From Nemertoderma westbladi (lineage: Eukaryota; Animalia; Xenacoelomorpha): a stretch of DNA of 64,000 nucleotides. Location of the stretch: NCBI GenBank assembly GCA_032718475.1, contig JAUCBJ010005606.1:1471-65470 (forward strand), in the 5' to 3' direction. The notes beneath the pieces were generated by a model. It was not told the origin of the DNA, made no database searches, and saw nothing but the letters and a program-made list of their open reading frames with translations. Below, piece by piece: positions 36,004 to 48,413 of this stretch. How positions within the stretch are numbered: the first letter of the stretch is position 1; each line of letters starts with the position of its first letter. The position numbers and the translations under genes are program-made.

Positions 36004-36008
<5 letters not shown>

Positions 36009-37221
36009 GAGCTATAATAACTTCATACAATGGCAATTACGGAAGAGGTCAGATTGTGGTTCGTTTGACAAGACTGGTTCTGGGCCAGACAGACTACAGT
36101 TTGATAGGGGCGTAACGGAAAATGCATAACACCTCACTACACTATAAGCCGGCCGTTAGATGGCCCGGCCAATGTCCATATCTGACTAATATCAATATCA
36201 ATATGTAATGGCTGGATTCTGGCTTTTTTAAGAGCAGCGATTTTTGTATGTCCGTTCTTTTGACTTTTTTTGTCCACATTTATTTACGAATTTACCATTA
36301 TGACTTTTGTTGTCCACTGAATGGCTTTTTATAAACGTGCGCATTTCTTCAAACTGTCAGACTGATGATTTCTGGATTGTCAGATAGTTTATTTTACAGT
36401 GCTTACAAATTTAATGACAAAACTAGTAATGGCAGCACTAAACATTAGCTTACACATGACAAACGCTTAATTTTATTGTTAGTACTGCGAACTGAAACAA
36501 AAATTTTACTAGTTTCAGTTTGAATAAATTAATATAAAGTAATTAATTTATTAAATCAATTAATGAAATTAATTAAATTAATTTCAGTCTTAAAAAATTC
36601 AAGTATCAGTTTCAGTTGAGAAAAATGTCAAAAACAATTTTAGTTTCAGTTCAGTTCGCAGGGCTACTTATGTTGCAATACTGTATTGACTACTGCTTCG
36701 TGAACGCAGACCTCGATTCAGTGGTAGCTCGCTCGACATAAGAATAGGTAGGAGTAGTACTAAATTAAAATTATTTAATCCGCCGTATCCCCCATCGTGC
36801 CTAATTGCCATTACATTATGTCACACATGATTGCCACAAGCACTTAACATCAACTATCTGACAATCCAGAAATCATCAGTCTGACAGTTTGAAGAAATGC
36901 GCACGTATATAAAAAGCCATTCAGTGGACAACAAAAGTCATTATGGTAAATTCGTAAATAAATGCGGACAAAGAAGTCAAAAGAACGGACATACAAAAAT
37001 CACTGCTCTTAAAAACGGCAGAATCCAGCCATTGCTAGTCAGATATGGACATTGGCCGGGCCAGCTAACGGCCGGCTTATAGTGTAGTGAAGTTGTTATG
37101 AATTTTCCGTTACACCCCTATCAAACTGTAGTCTGACTGGCCCAGAACCAGTCTTGTCAAACGAACCACAATCTGACCTCTTCCGTAATTGCCATTGTAT
37201 GAAGTTATTATAGCTCATTGT
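36004..37221. mobile_element. Foldback-type non-autonomous element with about 380-bp inverted arms
   Basis: 36004-36389 (ACAATGAGCTATAATAACTTC...GTCAGATAGTT) is the near-perfect reverse complement of 36852-37221; no TSD identified. Confidence 0.85.
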
Positions 37222-37704
37222 CTTCTAATATGTAGCTCATTCTAGGTTATCCTACTATGGGACTAACAGTAAATAGCTGTGTATAGATGAGTATAGATAG
37301 GAGAATCTATGTTTTATTAACTGAGCATAGGTGAATCTATATTATATTAGCTGAGTATATGTGAGTATGGATAAATTGTAGGCATATGGCCGGTTAAACT
37401 GGTAGGCATAGTAGTTCCTAACCTAAATATTTTTAAAGCCACAATTTTATCAGTATCAGTGCAGCATACTCTGATACTGCCTTTACCATTAATTGACAGC
37501 CGTAGCCGTAGCCGCAGCCGCATAGGCCTAACTGCCTACATAGAGGAGTGCCTGCATATATACTGGTACAGTATATCATGATTCATGTCATTGCCAGCCA
37601 TATTATCTAATATCCTAGTTTTTAACATTTTTAGCCGATTTCCTAGGAATTAGTGTTACTGACTAATTTTGCTTAAAGCCTGCAACATATATACTAGAAG
37701 CAAT

Positions 37705-40101
37705 AACACGTTCGTGGGGCCATCGCGCAGGACGAGGCTCAGTTATCAGATACAGATTAAAATTGAGCGACTGCATCACAAAATCAGGTTTTGAGAAATT
37801 TACCCACACCACCAATCAATCAAAGAAAGGGGGACAGTACGTGTTCACCCCTTTTAATCTGCACCCCCCCCCCCCCCACCCTTCCCACCCACCAGTAATT
37901 TATAACTACCGATGCCTTCAACACAGTAGGCAGTACTCGTCTTCATTATTATAAACGTCGTTGTGCTCGTCCTGTTTTGTATTTAAACATATTTCATAAA
38001 CGCAAACTGACAGACGATCTTTATAACTACCGATGCCTTCAATAGGCGAAGCCAGGTATGGTTAATAGGAACATAGTCTACGCAGTACTGGTCTTCATTA
38101 TATGCCTCGCTGCGCTCGTCGCTCGTCCTGTTTTGCATTAAAATATTTTTCCTAAACGCAGACTGACGATCTTTATACAGTTATAAATATGCGAAGTTTC
38201 GAAACTGTGCGAGTAACTGCTGATACATCTATGTGGATATGTGTGATATGTGGAGATGTGTGATACAACGCCAACGCATCTTATGCCGATGTAGTAATAT
38301 GGGTATTGAAATAATATTAAATTAATGTACACTCTTAAAGCTGCAGCGAAAATATGTAGCTAATTTCCTAGGTTACATATAAAATAATAATATTATTTTT
38401 AAGAACATTAATTTTACTACTTTGCAAAAATTCAATTAAAAAATAACCAGACAAATATATTGCGGAATAAACTACTTCAGATATAAGCCTACAACAGCCA
38501 TGAGTATTTATGTCATTATATCGTCTTCACTTGCGATAGTAAGTAATACAACATTTATAGTATAGAGTCAATAGGAATTGAAATACAGGCAGTGTGGTTG
38601 GAGTTATGTCTGTGTTGCTATAGCAATACCACTGGCTGCCTATTACAGTACAATTCCCCTCTGCCCTGGTGCCAGCTAGCAGCTCTACACCCCCGCAGAG
38701 ACTATGTTGACTAATAATGGGCAGGATTAAATTTATACTCAATAATTGTGCCGCTTTAATTACGTTTAGATCAATTAAAGACACATTTATTAAAGCAAAT
38801 CACTTGAACTAATTAAAAACTATAATGGAATGTTGTATGGGGATTACAGATTTAAGTATAATTATTTAAATCTTATACTACAGTAGAAAATAATTAATAT
38901 CCTTTAAGGAGGCAGGTTGAAATTGATGTTTTTACCCTAATCAACTTAATTAACTAATTAACTGCTATTATCTTAGCTTCTCGAAGGCCACGCGAAAATT
39001 CAACTTGGATAATTTCTAAACTTTGGCCAGACTACATGTGTACCAAGTTTGGTTAAATTTCATTAACATTTGGTTGAGTTATTAACGTTTAAAATTGGAC
39101 ACGACAGAACAACAGAACAACAGATCGACAGATCAACAGAGCAACAGACACACCGATTGAGTTAGTGGTATCTGTATGCTAAGCTCGCTTACTTTCGTCG
39201 CTCGCCCCACAGAACAACAGATCGACAGATCAACAGAGCAACAGACACACCGATTGAGTTAGTGGTATCTGTATGCTAAGCTCGCTTACTTTCGTCGCTC
39301 GCCCCACAGAACAACAGATCAACAGAACAACAGAGCAACAGACACACCGATTGAGTTAGTGGTACCTGTATGCTAAGCTCGCTTACTTTCGTCGCTCGCC
39401 CCACAGAACAACAGATCAACAGAACAACAGAGCAACAGACACACCGATTGAGTTAGTGGTACCTGTATGCTAAGATCGCTTACTTTCGTCGCTCGCCCCA
39501 CAGAACAACAGATCAACAGAACAACAGAGCAACAGACACACCGATTGAGTTAGTGGTACCTGTATGCTGAGCTCGCTTAATTTCGTCGCTCGCCCCACAG
39601 AACAACAGATCAACAGAACAACAGAGCAACAGACACACCGATTGAGTTAGTGGTACCTGTATGCTGAGCTCGCTTTCTTTCGTCGCTCGCCCCACAGAAC
39701 AACAGATCAACAGAACAACAGAGCAACAGACACACCGATTGAGTTAGTGGTACCTGTATGCTAAGATCGCTTACTTTCGTCGCTCGCCCCACAGAACAAC
39801 AGATCAACAGAACAACAGAGCAACAGAACAACAGACACACCGATTGAGTTAGTGGTACCTGTATGCTAAGCTCGCTTACTTTCGTCGCTCGCCCCACAAC
39901 AGACACACCGATTGAGTTAGTGGTACCTGTATGCTAAGCTCGCTTACTTTCGTCGCTCGCCCCACAACAGACACACCGATTGAGTTAGTGGTACCTGTAT
40001 GCTAAGCTCGCTTACTTTCGTCGCTCGCCCCACAACAGACACACCGATTGAGTTAGTGGTACCTGTATGCTAAGCTCGCTTACTTTCGTCGCTCGCCCCA
40101 C
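37705..40101 (+). mobile_element. Helentron/HINE-like element ending in tandemly amplified 3' termini
   Basis: 5' AACACGTTCGTGGGGCCATCGCGCAGGACGAGGCTCAG; internal TGTACCAAGTTTGGTTAAAT; 3' array ends in GCTCGCCCCAC. Confidence 0.6.
39105..40101. repeat. Tandem array of 11 units (97-bp, one 105-bp, then 68-bp periods)
   Basis: CACCGATTGAG recurs at 39151, 39248, 39345, 39442, 39539, 39636, 39733, 39838, 39906, 39974 and 40042. Confidence 0.93.
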
Positions 40102-40492
40102 ACTACAAGGAGATGTACATGTTTGCATAATCACTTCAGTGGGCCGACATTCCGGCCATCTCATTAAAAATTATCATTTTAGCCTTATATATCGTTATCC
40201 AATGAATGAAGTTTTTATAAAATTATCCATAATAAAATTCGAATTTATTTTTCGAATAAGCTCTTGATTTAGATTTGTATAGAACATATTCCTAGTTCCT
40301 ACCTCATTACAACAGATACCAGTACTCTAATTTACAACTGTTGAATGAAATGTAGTCAGTTATTACTATTTTATTTCTGAGGTTCAGATTTCCTGTACAT
40401 TCTGTCGATTTGTGTTCTATTAAAAAAAATATTATTCTGTATATTTTACAATAATGGTTCAAATAATGCAATCTTGATTGTTATATGATATA

Positions 40493-43369
40493 ATGCTACG
40501 ATACTGCATAAATACTGTTTTCCTATATATTTTAATCTTAATTGCTCATACCAGTTATTCTTTAGCTTTGGAAACTATTGTTCAGAGTAGAGATAGCAAA
40601 AGTGAACTCAGTGAAGAATACAAGAAGGACTCTGTTGACTGCAGTTGTTCATCTAATCAGGACCCATGTCATCTAAGATCCCGAGATATACTTAAAGGGG
40701 AAGAATATGTGAGCTGCACAAATTCAAATGGAGAACGTAATGAATGGTTCTATGGAGGTCAAAGGTTAACACCTGATGAATTTATCAAACCGGATGAGAC
40801 AAGATTTTATATAACTAGTGTCGATTATTGGAAATATAACACATCGCCATTAGTATGCAAAACAAAGAAGAAGAGACAGAAAAAATGCAAAATATCACTC
40901 ATTATAGAATATCCTGCAGAAAAGGTTCAAGTATATCATGGTATATTGCCGTTGACAGATCTAAGAGTTAAGATCGGTGATGATGTTGTGTTACGATGCA
41001 AATATACAGATGGTTATCCTAAGACACAAACCCATCTATGGTATAAAGATGATGCTATTTTACCAGGTGATTTCTCCAATACGCTTTCCATTACAGATAT
41101 TTTGAAAACAGATGCAGGACGATACAAATGTGCTGCTAAAACAACATATAGCTTTGGGTCTGATTACGACATAATTCAGTCAAACAGTGGAAAAATTACA
41201 GTTGAATATTGTGATAATGTCAGACTATTTTTTAGCTATAAATTTGAAAAACCACAAGCCGATAGCATCTCAAAATTCAAAGTAACAATTGTAGTTGGGG
41301 AATTTGCGAAGTTTATGTGGAGATTCAAGTCAACAACTAATATGTTTTTCATATGGAATGGAGAAGCAACACAAGAGTTCGGACAATCACTTGAATTTCC
41401 AGCTACAAAGGAGAGTAAAGGTGTCATAAATACTGAGGCAGAATGCAGTTTCCAGTGTGAAGATTGCCGTTCTGTAAGTTACAGAGCACAAATAGATATT
41501 GATACAATATACTGCATCGATGCAAAGCTACGAATTACCACCAATGGAGAAGCACCCCTAAAGCTAAATGATGGAAGCTTCCTTGTTATGAAAGACAGTG
41601 ACGTTGTGATGCAACTAGAGGTTGATGCTAATATAGACCACCAATTTGCCTGGAATGGACCTGGAATTCGTTCATTGGTTGAATCCTTTAATAAATCCAA
41701 ACAACATTTTCAAGCAACACCAAATAGAAATGGCAAATTCGGTGCAACAGTTTCTTGTTTTTACAATTTCGAATTCGAATATGAAAACCACCATAATTTT
41801 GATTTTAACTTAACAGTTGGAGTGTCTCCAGATTTGGAAATAGAAAAACAAGACATGTATGTTGATAAATCAGGTAATGTAACCATGATGTGTAAAGCCG
41901 TGAGCAATCCACCACCTACCGGAGTTTATGGGGCTGTGCACTGGCGATATAATGATCCAAATAGTTCTCCAATTCAAGCAGATAACCGAAAGACATTCCT
42001 TTCAATAGACTCGCAGGATATATCAAGTAATGGCATTATTACACATTGGAATACTGAAACATTTTTAAAAATAACAAATATTGAAGTAAAAGATGCTGGA
42101 ATATATTATTGTGATTTCATTAATGGCGTTGGAATACTTGGAAGTGGTGTAATTTCCCTGCATGTCAGATCTGAACCAGAAAGTATTGATGTAAGTTCAT
42201 TGGAAGTCAAGTATATCAATGCATCAACCATGGAAATAACATGGAATGAAACCTTTAATGGTGGTTATGCACAATATTATCTGATAGAGTTATATAGTCT
42301 ACAACAAGATATAAATAATGATACATCTCCAAATTTAATGCAGTCGTTAAATCTAACAAACAGAAGATTTGTTCAAGGAGGAATTAGTGATAGGCATTCC
42401 TATGAAATAATTTGTCAATCATGCAACCAACTAGGTTGCAGTAGAAAGAACAATGCCTTTATTCAGTACGATTATAATGCAGAGAAATTAACTGGTGGTT
42501 CATCAGCTGGAACGACAATTGTCATTGCAGTCGTGGTGTCAGTAACTATAATTGTAATCATGGTTGTTGCTTTGTATTATTTTGTAATCCGAGTTGCATC
42601 TAGACGTTCTGATAATTTGAAACAAGTTGAAAATCCGACAAAGCAAGGAAACTCACAGGCAGTTGTGGGTGATGATGAGTATATAGTGTATGATGTAAAC
42701 AAAAGAGCAAGCAACAGGAAATCTCTCACTGAGTATGCGCTCCGAAACAAACATAATTCTGATGAATCTTTACATCCAAAAGAGATAAACATGAACAAAG
42801 ATGCGGCTGATTTGTATGCAGAGTATGCAGTTTCTGGAGGATCAATGGAAAATCTAAAGAGAGAATTGGAAACAATCAATAATAAATCACCTCATAGAAA
42901 TACATATGTGATTGATAACTCTCGACCAGCAAGAATCACAGAAAATAATAGTAACATCTTTGGTGTCAAGTTACCAGCATTAACAGATCACCATAATCAA
43001 ACTACAAGTGAAGATATATACAGCAACGGAGATTATTTGGAACTAGAAAGTGAAACTTACTACGATGTGAATTCCTTCAAAGAGAAGACACAGCCATCGT
43101 CAGTAATGAAGCAAGGTGGATTCTTTAAATCAGTGAAGGGTCTTAGGAAGAAGTTATTGGTTGTTAATAAGAATGGCCCGGATGCCAATGTACCAAGTAC
43201 CAGTGATCACGAATATTTCGTCTATGACAATAAATCTCAGTTATGCACCCAGGGAGTAGCACCAGTAAAATCAATAATCGAAGCTGATGATGACCAACCT
43301 GATATAAGTAATGAACTATATTTTGTGTTGGAGCAAGATGCAGTTGACGAATATTCTGTTTACGGATAA
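40493..43369 (+). CDS. Receptor gene 3: single-ORF Ig/FN3/TM receptor with short tail, 958 aa from ATG 40493
   Basis: ATG at 40493 (MLRYCINT) aligns with the gene 4 start; Ig motifs VVLRC..WYKD..DAGRYKC and VTMMC..DAGIYYC; FN3 ITWNETFNGGYAQYYLIELY; TM IVIAVVVSVTIIVIMVVALYYFVI. Confidence 0.93.
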   Translation: MLRYCINTVFLYILILIAHTSYSLALETIVQSRDSKSELSEEYKKDSVDCSCSSNQDPCHLRSRDILKGEEYVSCTNSNGERNEWFYGGQRLTPDEFIKPDETRFYITSVDYWKYNTSPLVCKTKKKRQKKCKISLIIEYPAEKVQVYHGILPLTDLRVKIGDDVVLRCKYTDGYPKTQTHLWYKDDAILPGDFSNTLSITDILKTDAGRYKCAAKTTYSFGSDYDIIQSNSGKITVEYCDNVRLFFSYKFEKPQADSISKFKVTIVVGEFAKFMWRFKSTTNMFFIWNGEATQEFGQSLEFPATKESKGVINTEAECSFQCEDCRSVSYRAQIDIDTIYCIDAKLRITTNGEAPLKLNDGSFLVMKDSDVVMQLEVDANIDHQFAWNGPGIRSLVESFNKSKQHFQATPNRNGKFGATVSCFYNFEFEYENHHNFDFNLTVGVSPDLEIEKQDMYVDKSGNVTMMCKAVSNPPPTGVYGAVHWRYNDPNSSPIQADNRKTFLSIDSQDISSNGIITHWNTETFLKITNIEVKDAGIYYCDFINGVGILGSGVISLHVRSEPESIDVSSLEVKYINASTMEITWNETFNGGYAQYYLIELYSLQQDINNDTSPNLMQSLNLTNRRFVQGGISDRHSYEIICQSCNQLGCSRKNNAFIQYDYNAEKLTGGSSAGTTIVIAVVVSVTIIVIMVVALYYFVIRVASRRSDNLKQVENPTKQGNSQAVVGDDEYIVYDVNKRASNRKSLTEYALRNKHNSDESLHPKEINMNKDAADLYAEYAVSGGSMENLKRELETINNKSPHRNTYVIDNSRPARITENNSNIFGVKLPALTDHHNQTTSEDIYSNGDYLELESETYYDVNSFKEKTQPSSVMKQGGFFKSVKGLRKKLLVVNKNGPDANVPSTSDHEYFVYDNKSQLCTQGVAPVKSIIEADDDQPDISNELYFVLEQDAVDEYSVYG

Positions 43370-43929
43370 GAAATATGTGCGGCCTTTAGAACAATATATA
43401 AGTATTATTATAGTTTATTAATATTCAAAGTTAATGAGAAAATTAATGTAAATTGATATGATAATTATTTATAGAAAGTTAAAGTAAAAAATGGGTTAAA
43501 GTTAAATGCATTTCTAAAATCTTCATAACAACCAGTTTCTACTGTACAATGAAATGACTAGAGGTAGAATATAACTTTATATGAGTTATAATTACTTAGA
43601 GCAGTGTATATTAATAATGTCCATTCTTTAGGAGTTACAATGTTACGGGATTATCTCTATATCCACTTCGCCACACCAGAAACCAATTCACTCTATTAGC
43701 AATCAGCCGTAGAATTGCAACTACGATCTAAGAAGAACATGAATGCAGAAATGGCATACCACACAGTTACTACTTACGAGTCTCATAAAGAACTTTAACA
43801 AGAAGCATTCACACATCTATACATATACAATCAATCTGTCCGCAAGCGTTCGATATAGTCCTTTATGAGAAACAATTCCATAAACTTGACAATCACAGGT
43901 CAATGTCACACTGACATCTACCATTGAAG

Positions 43930-46580
43930 AATATTACAAAAACTCAGTGACATATTTGAGAACTAGCAGATACCAATATAACAAACAAATCAAATTACAA
44001 GAGGGGGTTCGTCAAGTGGGTGTGCTCCCAGCTCTATTATTTAACATCTACATCTCGGATCTCATAGACTCACTCATTGACAGTGGACTAGGTGTTCACA
44101 TTAATACCTATTCCTAGTATCAAATGCAGACAATATAATTTTACTAGCCAACATAAAGTCACACTAATACAATTAATTAACTTCGCTGACGCCTTCTTCG
44201 AGAAAACAACCTCCACGAGAACACTACTAAATGACACCTTTTATCAATAAATCCAAACGGAACCTCATCAACTACAGATGAACTCTATCTTGAACACGAT
44301 TGTAAATCGGAGAAGAGAATAAAATATATGGGTCTACCACTGCGCCCCCCCCCCCCCCCCCCCCCCCATTCACATCACAACAAACAACATATTGTTGGGA
44401 AGATATGGGAACATGTGATGATGATGAATCGACGAGGCTTAAAGCCTGACACATTACCTCTAGAGATTACTACTCTCGTCTGGCACACTTTGGCTGTCCC
44501 TAGTATAATCTATGCCTCTTCTGCCTTATTTACAGAAGTCATTGATGAAATAGCTGGGAAATGCAGGAGTGCAATGCGTGACATTCTTTGTCTCGAAAAT
44601 AGAGTTTCAAATAACCTCCTTAGTGACCTATACGACCTGGATGTTGAACGAACAATACGTTCCAACCAATCACGAGTAATCTGAGTAAGGCAACGATTTT
44701 GAACATTTCTTCGCGATCTTCGCAAACGTCGCGATCTTCGCGATATTTTGTGTTTACCAATACTATAGGGGAGCTTCGTGAACGTCGCGATCTTCGCGAA
44801 ATTTTGTGTTTACCAATACTATAGGGGAGCTTCGCAAACGTCGCGATCTTCGCGAAATTTTGTGTTTACCAATACTAAAGGTGGAGCTTCGATAAAAAAA
44901 TTTCTCAACCTTTAATAATATTATTTATTAATACCATTATAGGTACAGCGACGCAAAAATAGCAAAATTTCTGGAAGGCCTACACAAATACATGGACTTC
45001 TAGAATACAATTTTATACCATCTGTCTGTATATATATAACATTCTAGAATTCTGTGAACAATACTAATACTAATAGTGTCATATATATACTATAGAACAT
45101 GTTAGCTATTTCATTTAAAAAAAAAATATTTCTCTAGAACTAATAATATATTTTATTCTAGAAACATTTTAAAAAATATATTTTTCATTATAGATTTTAT
45201 TACTTTTTAAAAAATGTTCTAGAACATTCGCGAAGATCGCGACGTTTGCGAAGTTCCACCTATTCACCTAGGTGAACCCGACATTCTATTCAGCAATACT
45301 ATAGGTGGAGAGCGCGAACATCGCGATCTTCGCGAATTTTGTGTATACCATTTCTATAGGTCGACCATCAGATGCGAAATTTTTATGCGAAGTTCCAAAA
45401 TTTTGCTAAATTTGAGAAGCAATTCTATAGGCTTACCGAAAAAATATAAGTAGAACTTTCATTGAAAATGTATGACACAAAACCAAATGTTTGTCATAGC
45501 AGTACTGGAACACTGTTCTTTCACTTAGCTATGAAATATATTCTAAATAATACCAGTACTGTACTCGCGGTTCGCGGCTAAACTACACGAAACTGTACTC
45601 GTATTGTATCATATCTTTATAAAATATGAATAGTTTATTTGTGTTCTCCTCTAGAATATAGACATTCATGGATACAGCACATTATTGTTGCTGGCCTTTT
45701 TAGTATACAATTCATAATTGTTTTAAATATAAGGAAAGGACTGTAGTGCAAAATTTATATATTAATATTGTTCACCGAATTCTGGAATGTTATATATCTA
45801 TATATATATTAATATATGGTGTAAAATAATATTCTAGAATTCCATGTATTGGTGTAGTCCTTCCAGAAATTTGGAAATGTTTGCAAAGCCCCGCCTATAG
45901 CATTGTTAAATAATATTAATAAAGGTTCTGATACTACACAAAAATCGCGACGTTTGCATAATCCTTCGTAAAATTTTCGTAAAACGTTTTAAAACATTCG
46001 TCGATTCTTCGTAAAAATTTTGAAGATATTGTAGAACATATTGGCGATTTATTTAAAAATACTTTTTTCTCTAGAACTAATATATTTTGTTCTAGAACAT
46101 AAATATTTTAATATAAAACTATAATATTTGTTATTAATCGATTTTCTTTTATTAAAAAAAAAATATGCTAGAACATTCGCAAAGATCGGGACGTTTGCGA
46201 AGCTCAACCTATAGTATTGTTAAACACAAAATATCGCGACGTTTGCGAAATTTCGCGTTTTTCGCAATCTTCGCAAAAATCGCGACGTTTGCGAAGATCG
46301 CGAAAATCGCGAAGAATTGTTCAAAATCGTTGCCCTAATGAGTAATCTACAACATGTTCAACTGTGGAAATAGAAAAATTCAATATATAATAATGCATGA
46401 CCTTGTTAGACACTGGACAACTAGTGCCATATTTAGCTCACATCAAAAAACCAGCTGGATGTATAATTTGCCATCTCTGAACTCCTTTGCGATGTCAGAA
46501 TATAGCCTCAAAGCATGTTCCACAAGATCAAAATCAATACAAGTCATCAATCGCACATATAAAGAAAAATTACAGGCCAT
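43930..46580 (+). mobile_element. Decayed LINE RT/3' fragment interrupted by a hAT-type element
   Basis: GVRQ..LLFNIYISDL at about 44005-44065; TLVWHTLAVPSIIYASS; the frame ..NQSRVI continues as YNMFNCG after removing 44683-46348. Confidence 0.65.
44683..46340. mobile_element. Non-autonomous hAT-type DNA element with 8-bp TSD
   Basis: AGTAATCT at 44675-44682 and 46341-46348; TIRs GAGTAAGGCAACGATTTTGAACA / TGTTCAAAATCGTTGCCCTAATG; TCGCGA-rich subterminal repeats. Confidence 0.85.
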
Positions 46581-46916
46581 GTACTGTAAATCCATCCTGC
46601 AGAAATTTATTTATTTAAAATTTATTGAAACATTAAGTTGACTATGACTACCTTGTATGTCGTAATCTTGTGTGATTGGATAGATTTATATAAGTTGTAT
46701 ACATTATAATGTGCCATCATTAATCTCCAGAGTATTTGTTTTTTATCTTTTTTCTATGCCTCGTATATACATACAGTAATAGATTGACCCTTTTAAAATT
46801 TGTACGTATATACCTGCAATAAATAATATTATTACAGCCACTGGGGGCGTTCAATCGATGATCAATGTTCAATGAACATGAGATCAATCAATCAATCAAT
46901 GTTTAATAAAGGAGAT

Positions 46917-48297
46917 GGTAATGGTGAAAAATATCGAGACTTGAATAATATCGAGAGTAAAAATAACGAGAGTAAAAATATCGAGAGTAAAAATAGCACG
47001 AGATGAAAAATATCGAAAATAACGAGTGTTGAAAAATATCGAGAGTAAAAATATAGAGTGTTGAATAATATCGAGAGTAAAAATATAGAGTGTTGAAAAA
47101 TATCGAGAGTAAAAATATAGAGTGTTGAAAAATATCGAGAGTAAAAATATAGAGTGTTGAAAAATATCGAGTGTTGAAAAATATCGAGAGTAAAAATATC
47201 GAGTGTTGAAAATATCTGGTGTTGAAAAATATCGAGAGTAAAAATATCGAGAGTAAAAATATCGAGTGTTGAAAAATATCGAGAGTAAAAATATCGAGAG
47301 TAAAAATATCGAGTGTTGAAAAATATCGAGTGTTGAAAAATATCGACTGTTGATAAATATCGAGTGTTGAAAAATATCGAGTGTTGAAAATATCGAGTGT
47401 TGAAAAATATCGAGTGTTGAAAAATATCGAGTGTTGAAAAATATCGAGTGTTGAAAAATATCGAGAGTAAAAATATTGCATTTTACTTGAGCATTTTATT
47501 TAGAATTATGGAACAATATTGCAGTGCATGGGTTACAACAGTGCAAGTGAATGGCATTATGTAATACACCTTGGGTACCCAATTACTAGATTTATTATAC
47601 TAGCTAGTTTTTGCTATATTTTTAATAAATATTATAAAAGAAGTGCTAGCTATAAATTTTGATAAATATTATAAATATTGTTAAATATTATATTAGAACA
47701 CGTACTGTATAAGCTACCAAATGTTGATAAATATTGTTGTTCTAGAACATTTTTAGTAAAAAAAATTATCATACAACCCTTATTTAAAAAAATTGTTACT
47801 ATCGATATTTTTCATCTCGATATTTTTCAACATTCTATATTTTTCAACACTCGATATTTTTACTCTCGATATTTTTCAACACTCGATATTTTTCAACACT
47901 CGATATTTTTCAACACTCGACATTTTTACTCTCGATATTTTTCAACACTCGATATTTTTACTCTCGATATTTTTCAACACTCGATATTTTTACTCTCGAT
48001 ATTTTTCAACACTCGATATTTTTACTCTAGATATTTTTCAACACTCGATATTTTTACTCTCGATATTTTTCAACACTCGATATTTTTACTCTCGATATTT
48101 TTCAACACTCGATGTTTTTACTCTCGATATTTTTCAACACTCGATATTTTTACTCTCGATATTTTTACTCTCGATATTTTTACCCTCGATATTTTTACTC
48201 TCGATATTTTTTGAACTCTCGATATTATCGTTATTTTTCAACACTCGATGTTTTTACTCTCGATATTTTTCATGTCTCGATATTTTTCAATATAACC
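46917..48297. mobile_element. Foldback-like DNA element with GG termini, 8-bp TSD and inverted minisatellite arms (Merlin-like by inference)
   Basis: AAGGAGAT at 46909-46916 and 48298-48305; the left arm has (AAAAATATCGAGAGT / AAAAATATCGAGTGTTG)n and the right arm has the reverse complement. Confidence 0.8.
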
Positions 48298-48413
48298 AAG
48301 GAGATTACTACCAAAAATTTCAAGCTAGTAATAGGGCCTGGTAGCCACACAAAGGGAAGATCACGTGTTGCGCAATCTATTATATTATCAAAACGGTAAA
48401 TGTGTTGTATATA

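Noticed and set aside
39105-40101. Repeat-spacer appearance of the 97/68-bp array
   Set aside because: The variable part is only an ACAG-type microsatellite length variant, not unique spacers.
40478-40492. ORF-track start of gene 3 at TTG 40478
   Set aside because: Eukaryotic context; ATG 40493 aligns with the gene 4 start.
46903-48399. Repetitive ORFs (FSTLDIF..)
   Set aside because: Produced by the minisatellite arms of a TIR element; the same applies to ORFs 1932-2521.
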